A stretch of DNA of 64,000 bases from an uncultured Methanolobus sp. (lineage in GTDB: Archaea > Halobacteriota > Methanosarcinia > Methanosarcinales > Methanosarcinaceae), in the NCBI GenBank assembly GCA_963675495.1, contig OY776215.1, positions 2,176,001 to 2,240,000 on the forward strand. The letters run 5' to 3'. A program made the translations under genes and the position numbers. Positions 52,819-64,000 of this stretch are shown piece by piece (positions within the stretch are counted from its first letter, which is position 1; each line of letters starts with the position of its first letter). Under the pieces are notes generated by a model that saw only the letters and a list, made by a program, of their open reading frames with translations, was not told the DNA's origin and did not search any database.

Positions 52819-52821
52819 TAA

Positions 52822-54024
52822 ATGAAAGCCGATTCGAAAAATTCAGATAACAAAGATATTGCATTGGTTTCAATACCCGGACTTTCAATCAAAATGGATA
52901 AAAAAGCTGATTTTATCCAGCTTAAGGCACATGGACCTTTGCGCAAGGCATGTGGCCCTTTTTTGAAAAAGATCAATGAAAGGCTAAAGGAGGAAAAACC
53001 TGCTTTTGTTGATGACGATAAAGTGATAGCCTCTACATGGCTACCACCTATACCCAGTAAAGCTTTCAATAGATTGCTACTGGCTGAGACTCAGATTGCA
53101 CTTGGAAGGTACATCCCTGAAACTGTTTCCTTTGAGATAACACGCAACTGCAAATGTAATTGTGAACATTGTGTGGTTAGTGGAGGGGAAGGCGACATGG
53201 AGATTGAGACAATAAAAAGTGCCATAGATGACGTACTTGATATGGGTGCAATGGTCATAGTATTTACAGAAGGAGATCCAATGATGCGTGAAGAGATCTA
53301 CGAGCTCATTGAGTATGTAGACAAAGAGCGTGCCATCGTTAACATGTATACTCCTGGTACTGAGATGACGCCTGAGAATGCAAGACGGCTCAAGGAAGCC
53401 GGACTGCACAACATGTTGGTCAGTATCTATTCTACGGAACCTTCAAAACATGATGCGGTACGTCGTCTGGATGGTGCTTTTGAAATGGCTACGAATGCCA
53501 TAAGAATGGGACTTGAGGCGGGATTACTTGTAACTATGGCAACCCATGTATCACCAAAGAATATTGATGAACTTCCTTCAATGTATGAATTTGCAAGGGA
53601 ACTTGGAGTCCATGAATTCTCATTGTGGGAATCCGTTCCAAAGAAAAAGGATGATCCTATTATTACTGAAGCTGACAGACAAAAAGTGCTTGAAATGTAT
53701 CATCGTATTAATTCTACCAAAGGCGGCCCTCGTATCTTTGCCAACTCGTACTTCGAGGGAGAAATGCTTGGATGCATGGCGGGTCAACGGTGGATGCATG
53801 TCTGCGTTGGCGGTCTGGTAACAGCATGTCCATACATCCCGTTCAGCTACGGAAATATACAGGATACTTCCATAAAGGATATCTGGACAAAGATACGCAA
53901 GGATAAGCATTTCAGGGGACAGCGTGGCACATGTCTGATGCAGGAAAATGAATTCCTGCAGCTTGTGGACAAGATACCTGAAGAAGCATCGAAGCCTTAT
54001 GATATCGATAAAATAGACTCATAA
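52822..54024 (+). CDS. radical SAM protein with SPASM/twitch domain
   Basis: CKCNCEHC; GCMAG..GLVTACPY..GNI..IW..C. Confidence 0.9.
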   Translation: MKADSKNSDNKDIALVSIPGLSIKMDKKADFIQLKAHGPLRKACGPFLKKINERLKEEKPAFVDDDKVIASTWLPPIPSKAFNRLLLAETQIALGRYIPETVSFEITRNCKCNCEHCVVSGGEGDMEIETIKSAIDDVLDMGAMVIVFTEGDPMMREEIYELIEYVDKERAIVNMYTPGTEMTPENARRLKEAGLHNMLVSIYSTEPSKHDAVRRLDGAFEMATNAIRMGLEAGLLVTMATHVSPKNIDELPSMYEFARELGVHEFSLWESVPKKKDDPIITEADRQKVLEMYHRINSTKGGPRIFANSYFEGEMLGCMAGQRWMHVCVGGLVTACPYIPFSYGNIQDTSIKDIWTKIRKDKHFRGQRGTCLMQENEFLQLVDKIPEEASKPYDIDKIDS

Positions 54025-54029
54025 ATTTT

Positions 54030-54584
54030 TTATTTTTCTTTCACTTGCTGGAGATCGCCTGGGTCAAGGCTTTCCAGCAGCTTTTTGTTCTGCCAGTAAA
54101 ATCCAAACATCACAACAGTTGTTATGGGGGCAATGTAATAGATATTTGAGAAAATATCAGGCCATAAATAACTGAATATAATAATTAGGAAGATGCCAAA
54201 TAGCCACATAAAGGCAGAGTTAATAAGTGAAGCTTTTGCAGGACCATACTTCCTGTTCAAATGATGGAGTAGTCGCCATCCCATAAAAAAATCGGTCAAT
54301 TTCAAGGCTTCTGTGCTCCAAGAATCCTCAACATATCGCTTCATCTTCCCTTTGTTAATTCTGTAGGATTTTCTGTAATTAACAACTGAGAAGATCATAG
54401 TGAGCATGAAAGCAACATAGCCGTATTGCCATGGGAGGATCATGAACAATAGCAGGGAAAAGAGAATCATGATGCCCATGATCTCAGGCAGGTAACTTTC
54501 CCCGTACTTACGGGCCGAGTATATATTGTAGATGGTCACTGAGCCAAAGAACAATGCTCCAAAATAAAAAAAAGTTATATGCAT
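54030..54584 (-). CDS. membrane protein, unknown function
   Basis: About 5 hydrophobic segments; GGAG SD before ATG 54584. Confidence 0.65.
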   Translation of the reverse strand: MHITFFYFGALFFGSVTIYNIYSARKYGESYLPEIMGIMILFSLLLFMILPWQYGYVAFMLTMIFSVVNYRKSYRINKGKMKRYVEDSWSTEALKLTDFFMGWRLLHHLNRKYGPAKASLINSAFMWLFGIFLIIIFSYLWPDIFSNIYYIAPITTVVMFGFYWQNKKLLESLDPGDLQQVKEK

Positions 54585-54842
54585 TGTTGAATCTCCACGT
54601 AACTCCACCACTGCTAGTTTAAATAGGTAGTAATACTTAGCACGCATGGTATAAAATATTTATGGAAAAGCTAATTAAAATTAATATGTGAACTGCATTA
54701 ATAATAAATTTACTCAAAGGGATGTTCACAGGCCTGCAATAAGAACCTTTACATATCACAAGGTATTTTTACTAACAATTTTAAGTGCCTTGCACTAACA
54801 GAAAAAGAGATTCAAGAGACTTAACAGACCAAGAGGCAATAT

Positions 54843-56147
54843 ATGAACATGAAGATCGACCCCTGGAGCGCATTGAACATTGACGATTATTCCAAGTTAT
54901 TTGACGAATTTGGAATACTGCCATTTGATGAAATGGTCCGGGAGATTGAGGATCCTCACAAGTTCATGAACCGCAAGATTATTTTCGGACACCGCAGCTA
55001 TGACCTGATAACTGATGCAATGAAGCACAATAAGCCATTCTCAGTAATGAGCGGATTCATGCCTTCAGGAAAGATCCACCTTGGGCACAAAATGGTTATG
55101 GAAGAGATTATTTGGCACCAGCAGCAAGGTGGGGATGCTTTTGTTGGCATAGCGGACCGTGAATCACACTCTGTCAGAGGAATGTCATGGGATAAATGCA
55201 GGGACATAGGAATAAACGAGTATATTGTAAGTCTTATTGCACTTGGTTTTGAACCAAATGGGCATGTTTATTTCCAGTCAGGCTCAGAGCAGGTAAAGGA
55301 CCTTGCATTCGAACTCGCATCCAAGGCAAACTACTCCGAACTCAGTGCGATCTACGGATTCACAGGCGAGACCAACGTTGCACATATGCTGAGCGCAGTG
55401 ACCCAGAGTTCAGATATACTTCATCCGCAGCTTGAAGAATACGGCGGACCTAAACCAACGGTCATACCTGTTGGTGCCGATCAGGACCCACACATCCGCC
55501 TGACAAGAGGACTTGGACACAAAATGAACATGTTCAAGATCGAGGGCCGGGAAGATAAAAAGGGAAACAAATATTTCAGTATCCGTAGCAAGGCTGCTCC
55601 ACAAGAAGCCCTGAAAGAACTGAATGAGCGCATTCCTGGTAAAACAAAGCTTTTCGAAGGACATGTTGATGCTTTTAATGCTGATAATTTTGAGCTTCTC
55701 CTGAAGACGGTCAGGGAAGTTGAAATCGAATTCGGAGGATATGCATTCGTACCACCATCATCAACATATCACCGTTTCATGTCCGGATTACAGGGCGGGA
55801 AAATGTCAAGCAGTGTTCCGGATAGTTATATTTCACTTACAGAAGACCCAAAGGGTGCTGCAAAGAAGGTCAAGAGGGCAAAGACCGGTGGCAGGATGAC
55901 TCTTGAGGAACAGAAGAAACTCGGTGGCGAACCGGATAAATGTTCTGTATATGAAATGTTCCTTTTTCATCTTGTAGATGATGATGAAGAACTTGCACAG
56001 ATATACACAGAATGTCGTGAAGGAAGTCGGGTTTGTGGTAACTGTAAACTCCTTGCAGCTGAAAAGACTGAAAAGTTCCTAAAAGAACATCAGGAATTAC
56101 GTGAAGTTGCCAAAGACAGACTTGATGAATACGGATTATCAATTTAA
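54843..56147 (+). CDS. trpS: tryptophanyl-tRNA synthetase
   Basis: [18 protein letters not shown] and KMSSS. Confidence 0.97.
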   Translation: MNMKIDPWSALNIDDYSKLFDEFGILPFDEMVREIEDPHKFMNRKIIFGHRSYDLITDAMKHNKPFSVMSGFMPSGKIHLGHKMVMEEIIWHQQQGGDAFVGIADRESHSVRGMSWDKCRDIGINEYIVSLIALGFEPNGHVYFQSGSEQVKDLAFELASKANYSELSAIYGFTGETNVAHMLSAVTQSSDILHPQLEEYGGPKPTVIPVGADQDPHIRLTRGLGHKMNMFKIEGREDKKGNKYFSIRSKAAPQEALKELNERIPGKTKLFEGHVDAFNADNFELLLKTVREVEIEFGGYAFVPPSSTYHRFMSGLQGGKMSSSVPDSYISLTEDPKGAAKKVKRAKTGGRMTLEEQKKLGGEPDKCSVYEMFLFHLVDDDEELAQIYTECREGSRVCGNCKLLAAEKTEKFLKEHQELREVAKDRLDEYGLSI

Positions 56148-56158
56148 CAGGTGTAATA

Positions 56159-57637
56159 ATGAGTTCCCAGTACAACCTTACATCCAATGAGAAAAATGTA
56201 TTGATCGCATTGGAAAACCTAAAAGATGCAAGCCCCAGCGAGCTGGCTGAAAAATCAGAGATGAAAATGGAAACTGCAATGCAGGCTGCTTTTTTACTTG
56301 AAGAGAAAGGGCTTGCACAGGTAGAGGAGACAATAACAGAGATCTTCGAACTTACCGATGAAGGGAAAAAGTACGCCGAAGAAGGACTTCCCGAAAGACA
56401 GATTATCGATGTCATTTCCGGTCCAACTCCAATGGATGAACTCAAGGAAAAGTTCAATCCTGCAGTTGCTGGCATCGCTACCGGATGGCTACGCCGCAAA
56501 GGCTGGGCAGGCATTGAAAAAGGAATGATAGTTCCGACCGGTAATGCAGAAAAAGGTGCAGACGAGCAAACACTGGGGTCATTTGAAGGGGAGCAGAAGA
56601 CATTCGACGAACTTGGGGCAGATAAGCAGGTTATCAACGACCTGATAAAACGTAAACTTGTGGCAAAGAGCGAGAACAAACAAAGGAAAATAGCAATCAA
56701 TCCCGATGGTGAGGAACTTGTTGCAGCAGGTATTGTTATCGAGGAGGAACTTGCACAAATTACTTCTGAACTCCTGAAAAGTGGGGAGTGGAAGAACAAG
56801 AAGTTCAGACCGTATAATATTCACACAGCTCCAAAACCAATATATGGGGCAAAGATCCATCCATATCAGCGCCTGATCGATCAGATGAGACGTATTTTCC
56901 TGGACATGGGATTCACCGAGATCAAGGGTGAGGCTATTCAGAGTTCTTTCTGGAACTTCGATTCCCTGTTCCAGCCACAGGATCACCCTGCAAGAGAGAT
57001 GCAGGATACATTCCATCTTTCCAGCATATCTGATCTTCCTGTCGAGTACAAGGACAACGTGTGTGCAATGCATGAGCATGGTGGCGACACGGAATCTATA
57101 GGATGGGGTAGCAAATGGAGTGAAGAAATAGCCTGCAAGAATGTCCTGAGGACACACACCACGGCGTTGACCATTAAATACCTTGCAGATAATCCGGAAC
57201 CTCCGATAAAGGCGTTCTCAATAGACAGGGCATACCGCAGAGAAACCATTGATCCAACACACACACCAGAGTTCGAACAGCTAGAGGGTGTAGTGATGGA
57301 CAAGGACATGTCATTCTCAAATCTTCTCGGATGTCTCTCTGAGTTCTATCACAGAATGGGCTTTGAAGACGTGCGTTTCAGACCAGGCTATTTCCCATAC
57401 ACTGAACCAAGTGTTGAGCCTGAAGTATACGTAGATGGTCTTGGATGGGTTGAACTGGGAGGTGCAGGTGTTTTCAGGAAAGAGGTCACACATCCGCTTG
57501 GAATTAAGTACCCTGTCCTTGCATGGGGACTCGGGGTCAGCCGTTTGGCAATGCTGAAACTGGGACTTAAGGACCTGCGTCAGTTGTACCACTCAGACAT
57601 TGATTGGTTGCGCAAGAGCGAGGTATGCCAGCTCTGA
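56159..57637 (+). CDS. pheS: phenylalanyl-tRNA synthetase alpha subunit
   Basis: [27 protein letters not shown] and YFPYTEPS. Confidence 0.97.
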   Translation: MSSQYNLTSNEKNVLIALENLKDASPSELAEKSEMKMETAMQAAFLLEEKGLAQVEETITEIFELTDEGKKYAEEGLPERQIIDVISGPTPMDELKEKFNPAVAGIATGWLRRKGWAGIEKGMIVPTGNAEKGADEQTLGSFEGEQKTFDELGADKQVINDLIKRKLVAKSENKQRKIAINPDGEELVAAGIVIEEELAQITSELLKSGEWKNKKFRPYNIHTAPKPIYGAKIHPYQRLIDQMRRIFLDMGFTEIKGEAIQSSFWNFDSLFQPQDHPAREMQDTFHLSSISDLPVEYKDNVCAMHEHGGDTESIGWGSKWSEEIACKNVLRTHTTALTIKYLADNPEPPIKAFSIDRAYRRETIDPTHTPEFEQLEGVVMDKDMSFSNLLGCLSEFYHRMGFEDVRFRPGYFPYTEPSVEPEVYVDGLGWVELGGAGVFRKEVTHPLGIKYPVLAWGLGVSRLAMLKLGLKDLRQLYHSDIDWLRKSEVCQL

Positions 57638-57653
57638 ACTGGTATCCGTCATT

Positions 57654-58781
57654 TTATTTTTTTGCATTTGTGATTATCTTTGCCAGCAGGGATTTTTCAA
57701 TATCTACTGCATTTGCAGGGCAAAGTTCACGGCAACAATAACATAGTATACATTTTTCGTTGTTGACCACAAGGTGATCATCAACTTCTTCTATTGCATG
57801 GGCTGAGCAGTTCATGGCACATGCACCACAAAGAACACACCTTGAAGTATTGATCCTCGGTCTCATTTCAAAGTATCTGCCAAGCATACGAGTGACGATA
57901 GGTGGAAAACTGGAGGTAATACCTCCTGAAGAAGGTTTATACCTCATTTTCACTTCATCCGGTGAAGTGCCAACTATCAACGGGTCATTTGATCCAAACT
58001 CTCTTTCAATTGCAGCACTTGTAGTCGGAATTCGCATTGGATCAAAACCAATGAGTTCCGAAGCCACTACATCAAGTAAAACACAATCATAGGATGCCAT
58101 TATTACACCTGTCTTCACCGGAGTTCCATGGGAAGGGCCGTTACCTTCCATGCCTACCACGCCATCCATGACTGCAAGATGGGGCTTTGCAACCGAGTAC
58201 AGGTCGATGACTGCTTCACCAAATATTTTTCTCTCAGCCAGCAGGTGCATTTCCTTTCTGGTTTTGAGAGGCAGGGCTCCAAACATGTTCTTCACAGCAC
58301 CTGTGTAGTAGGTGAGTTCATGCGTTTTCATTTTTGGAAGCGATATGATCACATCTGCATCCATAACTGCCCTTGAAACGTGTAGCTTTGGAAAATGCAT
58401 TGCTTCAGGGACATCAATTTCCACATACCCTGCTGTTTGAAAATTAATTAGTTCAACACTATGGTTCTTTGCTACTTCTTCTATTCCTGACATTTTGAAT
58501 GCATCAGCCGTTGCCCCCGGATGGGTCATTCCAGAACCATCACCAATGGCCGGTGTACCTCCAGCTTCCCGCACAAGTTCACACATAGCAGCAACAATTG
58601 AAGGATGAGTCGTTACGGCATCCTCTGGTTTGCGGGCCGCGAGAACATTGGGTTTCAGGAGTACACGGTCACCTTTGGAAATTATGGGTTTGAGGCCGCC
58701 AATGAGTTGAATAGCCTCAGAAACCCATTCCCTGGATTTAGAATAATCATTACATCGCACAACAGAAACTTTGTCGCCCAT
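57654..58781 (-). CDS. DUF362 protein with C-terminal 2x[4Fe-4S] ferredoxin
   Basis: LKPN, TTHP, PKMKTH, GAVKN, EGNGP and two CxxCxxCxxxC. Confidence 0.9.
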   Translation of the reverse strand: MGDKVSVVRCNDYSKSREWVSEAIQLIGGLKPIISKGDRVLLKPNVLAARKPEDAVTTHPSIVAAMCELVREAGGTPAIGDGSGMTHPGATADAFKMSGIEEVAKNHSVELINFQTAGYVEIDVPEAMHFPKLHVSRAVMDADVIISLPKMKTHELTYYTGAVKNMFGALPLKTRKEMHLLAERKIFGEAVIDLYSVAKPHLAVMDGVVGMEGNGPSHGTPVKTGVIMASYDCVLLDVVASELIGFDPMRIPTTSAAIEREFGSNDPLIVGTSPDEVKMRYKPSSGGITSSFPPIVTRMLGRYFEMRPRINTSRCVLCGACAMNCSAHAIEEVDDHLVVNNEKCILCYCCRELCPANAVDIEKSLLAKIITNAKK

Positions 58782-58927
58782 GTGAATTAATTAAGGATGG
58801 TAGGTTCAAATAAGTATTGAAGATTTACTTTCAGAACTATTATTCATTAAGTAAAGAAAAATCTTCCAAAAAAGAATATGTCAGTAAAGAAAAAGGATAG
58901 ATAATAACTCGTTTATTTTTTTTAAAC

Positions 58928-59668
58928 CTATTCCATTGCTTCTTCTACACTTTTTCTGATGATGTAACCTGCTTCGTGCAGGATAGTATCACCGATCTGT
59001 ACATCCTTTTCCATGCTTGCGGTGCATGGGTATGCATGGTGAGCGCTCGAAATAGTTTCTTTATAGTCCTTCAGGTCAGACCATTTCAGTTTCTTGGCAA
59101 CGAACCATGTGGCACCACAAGGAGCATCCCTTAGTACTTCTACGTGTGTAAAAAGTCTGTTAACAGGATCCGTTTCTATATGTAGCAATGGACGGCCAAA
59201 TCCCAATCTTACGAATTCATCTATCAGTGGCTTTCCCGTAATATCAAGTGAACAGAAGGGTTTTGGACATTCACATTCCACTCCATGTGACTCAAGTTTG
59301 TTCTTTACCTGCTCGGTCAGGCCGGCAGGCACCAGGCGTGAATCATCTACTGGTATTATAACGCCTTTTGCACCTGTCATTTCTGCAATATCGGGGACCG
59401 CCATTAACAGGTCCGGGTGCAGGTCTATGGCAATAATAAGGTCTGATAGGGGCAAATTATCTGGGATATATTCTATGGGTTCTTCGACAAAATCAGGAAG
59501 GTCTGTACGTAATTCAAAAAGACCAACTATCAAAGGTGCAAAACTTGCCCTGGGTTCACGGCAGTGGTCACACAGGTCTCCGCACGAAACACAAAAACTA
59601 TCCGAGTTGACAAGGTTACCAACAACCTTTTTCCCAAACTCTCCAGAATAAAAAATGCTCAAACGCAT
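58928..59668 (-). CDS. DUF166-family Cys-rich protein
   Basis: CxxCxxxCxxC, LHPDL, PFCSL, APCG and YPCTASM. Confidence 0.8.
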   Translation of the reverse strand: MRLSIFYSGEFGKKVVGNLVNSDSFCVSCGDLCDHCREPRASFAPLIVGLFELRTDLPDFVEEPIEYIPDNLPLSDLIIAIDLHPDLLMAVPDIAEMTGAKGVIIPVDDSRLVPAGLTEQVKNKLESHGVECECPKPFCSLDITGKPLIDEFVRLGFGRPLLHIETDPVNRLFTHVEVLRDAPCGATWFVAKKLKWSDLKDYKETISSAHHAYPCTASMEKDVQIGDTILHEAGYIIRKSVEEAME

Positions 59669-59708
59669 GCAAAAGAGTATACATATGATACTTAATAAAG
59701 TTCCCTAC

Positions 59709-60254
59709 TTATTTTTCTGAACTTTTCGTATGGACTATGCCCATGAGATAAGCAGGTATGCATCCAATTGCCGTACATGTTTCAAGGGAGATTCCCTGAG
59801 ATGTAATATCAAGATGGTATCTTGCAAGGCTAAAAAGGTCTTTTGGTAGTCCTTTTCGTCCAAGTCCCACCAGTATAAGGAAAGACTTATTATGCATTAT
59901 TTCGTCTGCAATGGCTTCTGTAGTAATGGAGAATTTCTTTTCCGGTTTTGAAGTTGTCACGACCACAGAACCGAATTGCGGCTGGAATCCTTTTTTTGGC
60001 AGGTCAAAAACGAATAAGTGTTTTTTTTCATGCAACATCCTCAGATACTTGCCTGATTCTCCAATAGTGGTTTTGTCCGCAACATAGTCCACCAGCTCAT
60101 CGGGTGTCATCTTAAAAGGAAAATCAAAAAGAGCAAGGGAAAACCCAAATGCATGACATATAGGTGCAGCCCTTGCTATCGCTCGGTAATGAGCATCCAG
60201 CACTTTGATCTTATCATATGTATTAACTATTCCTAATGTCAGCAATGATATCAC
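59709..60254 (-). CDS. DUF531 (SPOUT-like) protein
   Basis: NTYD..AHYRAIARA, GLGRKGLP and SLETCTA. Confidence 0.82.
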   Translation of the reverse strand: MISLLTLGIVNTYDKIKVLDAHYRAIARAAPICHAFGFSLALFDFPFKMTPDELVDYVADKTTIGESGKYLRMLHEKKHLFVFDLPKKGFQPQFGSVVVTTSKPEKKFSITTEAIADEIMHNKSFLILVGLGRKGLPKDLFSLARYHLDITSQGISLETCTAIGCIPAYLMGIVHTKSSEK

Positions 60255-60682
60255 CTTTTAGTAATTTGCAGACACAACACAGATTGTTTACAGTTATTAA
60301 ACCTGTTGCAGTTCGCACAATCATCCCATAATTCTTTCTTCTGGGAATCGTCAATTCTTACAAAGCCCACTTTTTCAAAAAAGACAGGTGAAGTGGTCCT
60401 TGTAAACAGAAAGTTCTTCTCATCCATATCAGCAATAAGGGAATCTACAAGTAGTCTACCAATGCCTTTTCCACGATGCTTCGGGTGAACGGCTATGGAG
60501 TGAAGCTCTTGTACGTTTCCTGTTTCTAGGCATGCTGCGCCAATGATTTTGCCATCTATAACTGCAACCGTGAAATTATCTATTGATGTACCTTCAATTT
60601 CATGGAAATAAGTGGACATTAGTACCTCAACGTCCTCTCTTTCTTGTGGTTCTGCTTTTCTAATTGTTACATCGGGAATCAT
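60251..60682 (-). CDS. GNAT acetyltransferase, short ArgA-like
   Basis: SIAVHPKHRGKGIG, FFEKVGF and WDDCANC..C. Confidence 0.82.
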   Translation of the reverse strand: MIPDVTIRKAEPQEREDVEVLMSTYFHEIEGTSIDNFTVAVIDGKIIGAACLETGNVQELHSIAVHPKHRGKGIGRLLVDSLIADMDEKNFLFTRTTSPVFFEKVGFVRIDDSQKKELWDDCANCNRFNNCKQSVLCLQITKR

Positions 60683-61479
60683 AGTACTTCATCCATGCTA
60701 CCGCTTCTGAATCCTTTCAGGTCAAGGGTGACATAGCTAAAACCGATTCCCTCTAAATAAGACACGACATCTTCCCTAATTTTCAACATTACATGCATTT
60801 CATCAGGGAGAATTTCGATGCGTGCAATTTTCTGATGGGCCCTCACCCTTAAATCCTGAAAACCCTGTTCGATAAGAAAATCTTCTGCCGTTTCCACCAT
60901 TTTGATGGCTTCTTCAGTTAGAGCATCACCATACGGAAAACGGGAGGCAAGACAGGGAGATGGAGTTTTGTCTGCAACAGAAAGTCCTAGTTCTCTTGCA
61001 ATCTGTCTAATCTCACTTTTGTCCACGCCAAATTCTACAAAAGGCGAATATACCTTATCTCCTGCTTCTTCGATTGCTCTTTTTCCAGGTCTGTATGAAT
61101 TGGAATCCGAAGCATTGCTTCCTTCGAGAATGACATTAAAACCCAGTTCCTCCTTTACAGAATTTAATACTCCGAGAATCTCTTTTTTGCAGTGATAGCA
61201 TCTATTCGGTCCATTTTCAGATATCAGTGGCACCTTAAGTTCATTCAAATAAATAATAATGTGTTCAATACCTATTTCTTCAGCAACTTTTTTTGCACAT
61301 TCCAGTTCCCTTATTGGAAAGGACTGGTTTTTGATAGTTACAGCGACTGCTTTTTTTCCCAGAGTTCTATAAGCTATGGCTGCAAGAACAGAACTGTCCA
61401 CTCCACCGGAAAAGGCAACTAAGACACTCTCTTTTTTGGAGATGCCACTTTTCAATAATTCAAGTTTTCCATTCAGCAT
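60679..61479 (-). CDS. larE: LarE-family ATP-dependent sulfur transferase
   Basis: PP-loop SGGVDS, RCYHCK, RPG, PCLASRFPYG and GFRSGSM. Confidence 0.92.
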   Translation of the reverse strand: MLNGKLELLKSGISKKESVLVAFSGGVDSSVLAAIAYRTLGKKAVAVTIKNQSFPIRELECAKKVAEEIGIEHIIIYLNELKVPLISENGPNRCYHCKKEILGVLNSVKEELGFNVILEGSNASDSNSYRPGKRAIEEAGDKVYSPFVEFGVDKSEIRQIARELGLSVADKTPSPCLASRFPYGDALTEEAIKMVETAEDFLIEQGFQDLRVRAHQKIARIEILPDEMHVMLKIREDVVSYLEGIGFSYVTLDLKGFRSGSMDEVL

Positions 61480-61581
61480 TTACTGGGAATATGTAGAATA
61501 TCTTATAATAGCATATTCTCACAAAACATAAAATAGGATTTTGACATATAATGGCTATACTTTTAACAATGGTGATAATGG

Positions 61582-62922
61582 ATGGCATTTTTCGGAACTA
61601 ATGGTGTAAGGGGAATAGCGAACGAATATATAACTCCTCAACTGGCAATCGATGTTGCAAGAAGTCTGGGGACGTACATGGGGTCAAGTGGTACAGTTGC
61701 TATTGGCAGGGATACAAGAGCTTCTGGTGAAATGCTGAAATCCGCTGCAATTGCAGGTGCACTTTCAGCAGGTCTCACAGTTATCGATGTAGGTATATGC
61801 CCTACGCCTTCTGTGCAGTACTATGTGAAAGACCATGCAGATGCGGGAATTGTTATAACTGCATCACACAACCCACGAGAATACAATGGAATTAAATTGA
61901 TAGCTGCTGATGGAAGTGAACTTTCAAGAGAAGGTGAAAGTGAGATCGAGAAGCTCTACTACTCAAAAGAGTTCAGTGCGGCATCCTGGGAAAGGACCGG
62001 AGACCTGCGTCATGACAGCAATGCCAATGAGTATTACCTCAGGGGCATTATTAATTCCGTGGATAATGAGCTTATACGTGGGAAAAAGTTCAAAGTTGCT
62101 GTAGATACGGGCTGTGGGGCCGGATCAGTTACGCTCCCCTTCCTTCTCCAGAAACTTGGATGTGAGGTAATAACCATTAATGGTCAGGTTGATGGAACAT
62201 TCCCCTGGAGAAATCCTGAACCAACTCCCGATGTGCTTACAGAGCTTGCGGACATCGTCAAAAAATCAGGTGCTAACATGGGAGTTGCACAGGACGGGGA
62301 TGCTGATCGTGCAGTATTTTTTGATGAGAATGGCAATTTCATCGAGGAAGAGGTCTTGCTTGCTATGATGGCAAAATATGTTCTTGAAAGGAAAAAGGGT
62401 CCTATTGTCACACCAGTCAGTTCATCATCACGTATGCTCGATGTTGCCAAAGAAGCAGGTGTGGAACTTACGTGGACAGCAGTTGGTTCTATCAATGTGG
62501 CACGCAAGATGATGGAGATTGGCGGGGTCTTTGGTGGTGAAGGTAACGGAGGATTGATCTTCCCGGAACACCAGTATTGTCGTGACGGTGGTATGGCATG
62601 TGCCAAGTTCCTGGAGATCATTGCAAACGGGCAGAAGCTGTCTGACCTCGCAAGTAGTGTACCGCTTTACTTTAACTCAAAGACCAAGGTTCGGGCAGAA
62701 GACCTTCAAAGTACCATGGAGAATGTCAAAAAGGAAGTTCTCTTAAAATATAATAAAGTTGACACGACAGATGGTGTAAAAGTATGGTATGACGATGGCT
62801 GGGTACTTATCAGACCGTCCGGAACCGAACCAATAATCAGGATATTTGCAGAATCAAAGACAAAGGAAAGGGCAGATGCCCTGATGAATGAAGGCATTGA
62901 ACTGGTTAATAGTTCTAAGTGA
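61582..62922 (+). CDS. glmM: phosphoglucosamine/phosphohexo-mutase
   Basis: FGTNGVRG, TASHNP, DGDADR and RPSGTEP. Confidence 0.92.
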   Translation: MAFFGTNGVRGIANEYITPQLAIDVARSLGTYMGSSGTVAIGRDTRASGEMLKSAAIAGALSAGLTVIDVGICPTPSVQYYVKDHADAGIVITASHNPREYNGIKLIAADGSELSREGESEIEKLYYSKEFSAASWERTGDLRHDSNANEYYLRGIINSVDNELIRGKKFKVAVDTGCGAGSVTLPFLLQKLGCEVITINGQVDGTFPWRNPEPTPDVLTELADIVKKSGANMGVAQDGDADRAVFFDENGNFIEEEVLLAMMAKYVLERKKGPIVTPVSSSSRMLDVAKEAGVELTWTAVGSINVARKMMEIGGVFGGEGNGGLIFPEHQYCRDGGMACAKFLEIIANGQKLSDLASSVPLYFNSKTKVRAEDLQSTMENVKKEVLLKYNKVDTTDGVKVWYDDGWVLIRPSGTEPIIRIFAESKTKERADALMNEGIELVNSSK

Positions 62923-63513
62923 TCAGGCCTTGCCTCTGGATTCTCCAAGAACGATTCCAGTTGCGATCAGATGAGCCACTCTAAGTGGCTCAGGAATATT
63001 ACTTCTTGTTGATGAGATCTGAACTATTCTGGCAGCCATTTTTTGCCCCATCCCGCTACATTGTATGAATACTGGATTAGATGCGTCCTTTGTGATCACT
63101 TCAATGATGCTGCCAGCTTTTTTGATAATTTCCATTCTTTTTTTACCTTCCGGCAAGTGAGTAAGGGCCACTTCCATTTTATCAAGATCGGGAAGGTCCC
63201 GCATCATTACAATTACTGGAATAGTTGTTTCTTCATTCAGGCGAACGATGTCCACAGGGTTAAAACCTCCGTAGGTGACACCATCAAGCAGTATGGCTCT
63301 GATTTGCGGGTAATGTTTACTTTTACGTACCATTTCAATTATACGGTCAGTTGCATCCATGCCATCACGGGTTATCTCTGAGCGAAGTACGCCGTCAAGC
63401 CACATACCACCACGGAAGAAGGCTCCGACTATTGTGATAGTATCCGATATAAGGGCAGAGTCATCTATTCCTAATATGCGAATCTCATCTTTTATGTGGA
63501 AATGTGTTTTCAC
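62923..63513 (-). CDS. DUF99 / endonuclease V-like protein
   Basis: ILGIDD, DGMDAT, GVTYGGFN and PEPLRVAH. Confidence 0.88.
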   Translation of the reverse strand: MKTHFHIKDEIRILGIDDSALISDTITIVGAFFRGGMWLDGVLRSEITRDGMDATDRIIEMVRKSKHYPQIRAILLDGVTYGGFNPVDIVRLNEETTIPVIVMMRDLPDLDKMEVALTHLPEGKKRMEIIKKAGSIIEVITKDASNPVFIQCSGMGQKMAARIVQISSTRSNIPEPLRVAHLIATGIVLGESRGKA

Positions 63514-63562
63514 AAAAAATATTATAAAAAAAGTAATAGAAGTAACTTACCACCAGAAATGC

Positions 63563-64000
63563 TTAAATGAACATTCCTTCCGGTAGAACTTCTGTTTCAG
63601 TTTCTTTCTTTGTCATTACTTTCTGTACGGATTCAAGGAAATCATCCATTCCGATGGTCTCTTTATTGAAGCGAACAGCAAGCATACCTGCCTCCATGAC
63701 AATAGCATTGAGGTCTGCGCCGCTTGCATTCTCGGTAAGTTTGGCCAGTTTCTTAAAGTCAATTCCATCTGAAACTGACATAAAACGGGTGTGTATCTTA
63801 AATATATTCTCACGGGCTCCTTCATCCGGCATCGGTACATTGACGATCCTGTCAAACCTTCCAGGTCTGAGTATTGCAGGGTCAAGTACATCGATCCTGT
63901 TTGTAGCTGCCACTATCCTTACATCGCCCCTGTTGTCAAAACCATCCATTTCCGCAAGTAACTGCATAAGGGTTCTCTGGACTTCACGGTCTGCACCGTT
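63563..64000 (-). CDS. pan: proteasome-activating nucleotidase, 3' part (partial)
   Basis: [34 protein letters not shown] and C-terminal HbYX-like MFI. Confidence 0.95.
   Translation of the reverse strand, partial: NGADREVQRTLMQLLAEMDGFDNRGDVRIVAATNRIDVLDPAILRPGRFDRIVNVPMPDEGARENIFKIHTRFMSVSDGIDFKKLAKLTENASGADLNAIVMEAGMLAVRFNKETIGMDDFLESVQKVMTKKETETEVLPEGMFI

Overview
AT-rich archaeal chromosomal segment, most consistent with a methylotrophic Methanosarcinaceae member (Methanolobus/Methanococcoides-like; inferred from gene content). It is mostly core genome. Replication, transcription and translation genes include cdc6, pcn/priL/tfs, hpt-dph2-METTL5-csl4-rpoL, SepCysS, rpl10e-aIF2beta, trpS-pheS, rtcB-archease and two tRNAs (Thr-TGT, Pro-TGG). 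Metabolic and envelope genes include the archaeal mevalonate genes (UbiD-AcnX-AcnX, with ubiX 31 kb away), artA-psd-pssA, cofD, moaD/moeA/moaB, a crcB pair, larE and glmM. A thermosome subunit and a partial pan are also present. I found no CRISPR array, transposase, integrase or defence system. Signals the ORF track misses: (1) a promoter/terminator-bounded ~125-nt structured RNA at 24750-24876 with an exposed anti-Shine-Dalgarno loop; (2) a ~200-nt multi-stem leader before a CxxC-x17-CxxC gene; (3) two probable non-AUG starts (ATT for csl4, ATA for a bactofilin-like gene); (4) short unannotated CDSs (cytochrome P460-like end, a 47-aa ORF, DUF5350). Notable gene-context signals: a B12-radical SAM gene coupled to the mevalonate operon, an HD-LpdD-like-UbiX operon, tandem PEF-CTERM paralogues, and a CX4CH protein/CcdA-like pair splitting crcB from DUF190. 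All family calls come from motif recognition by eye, not database searches.
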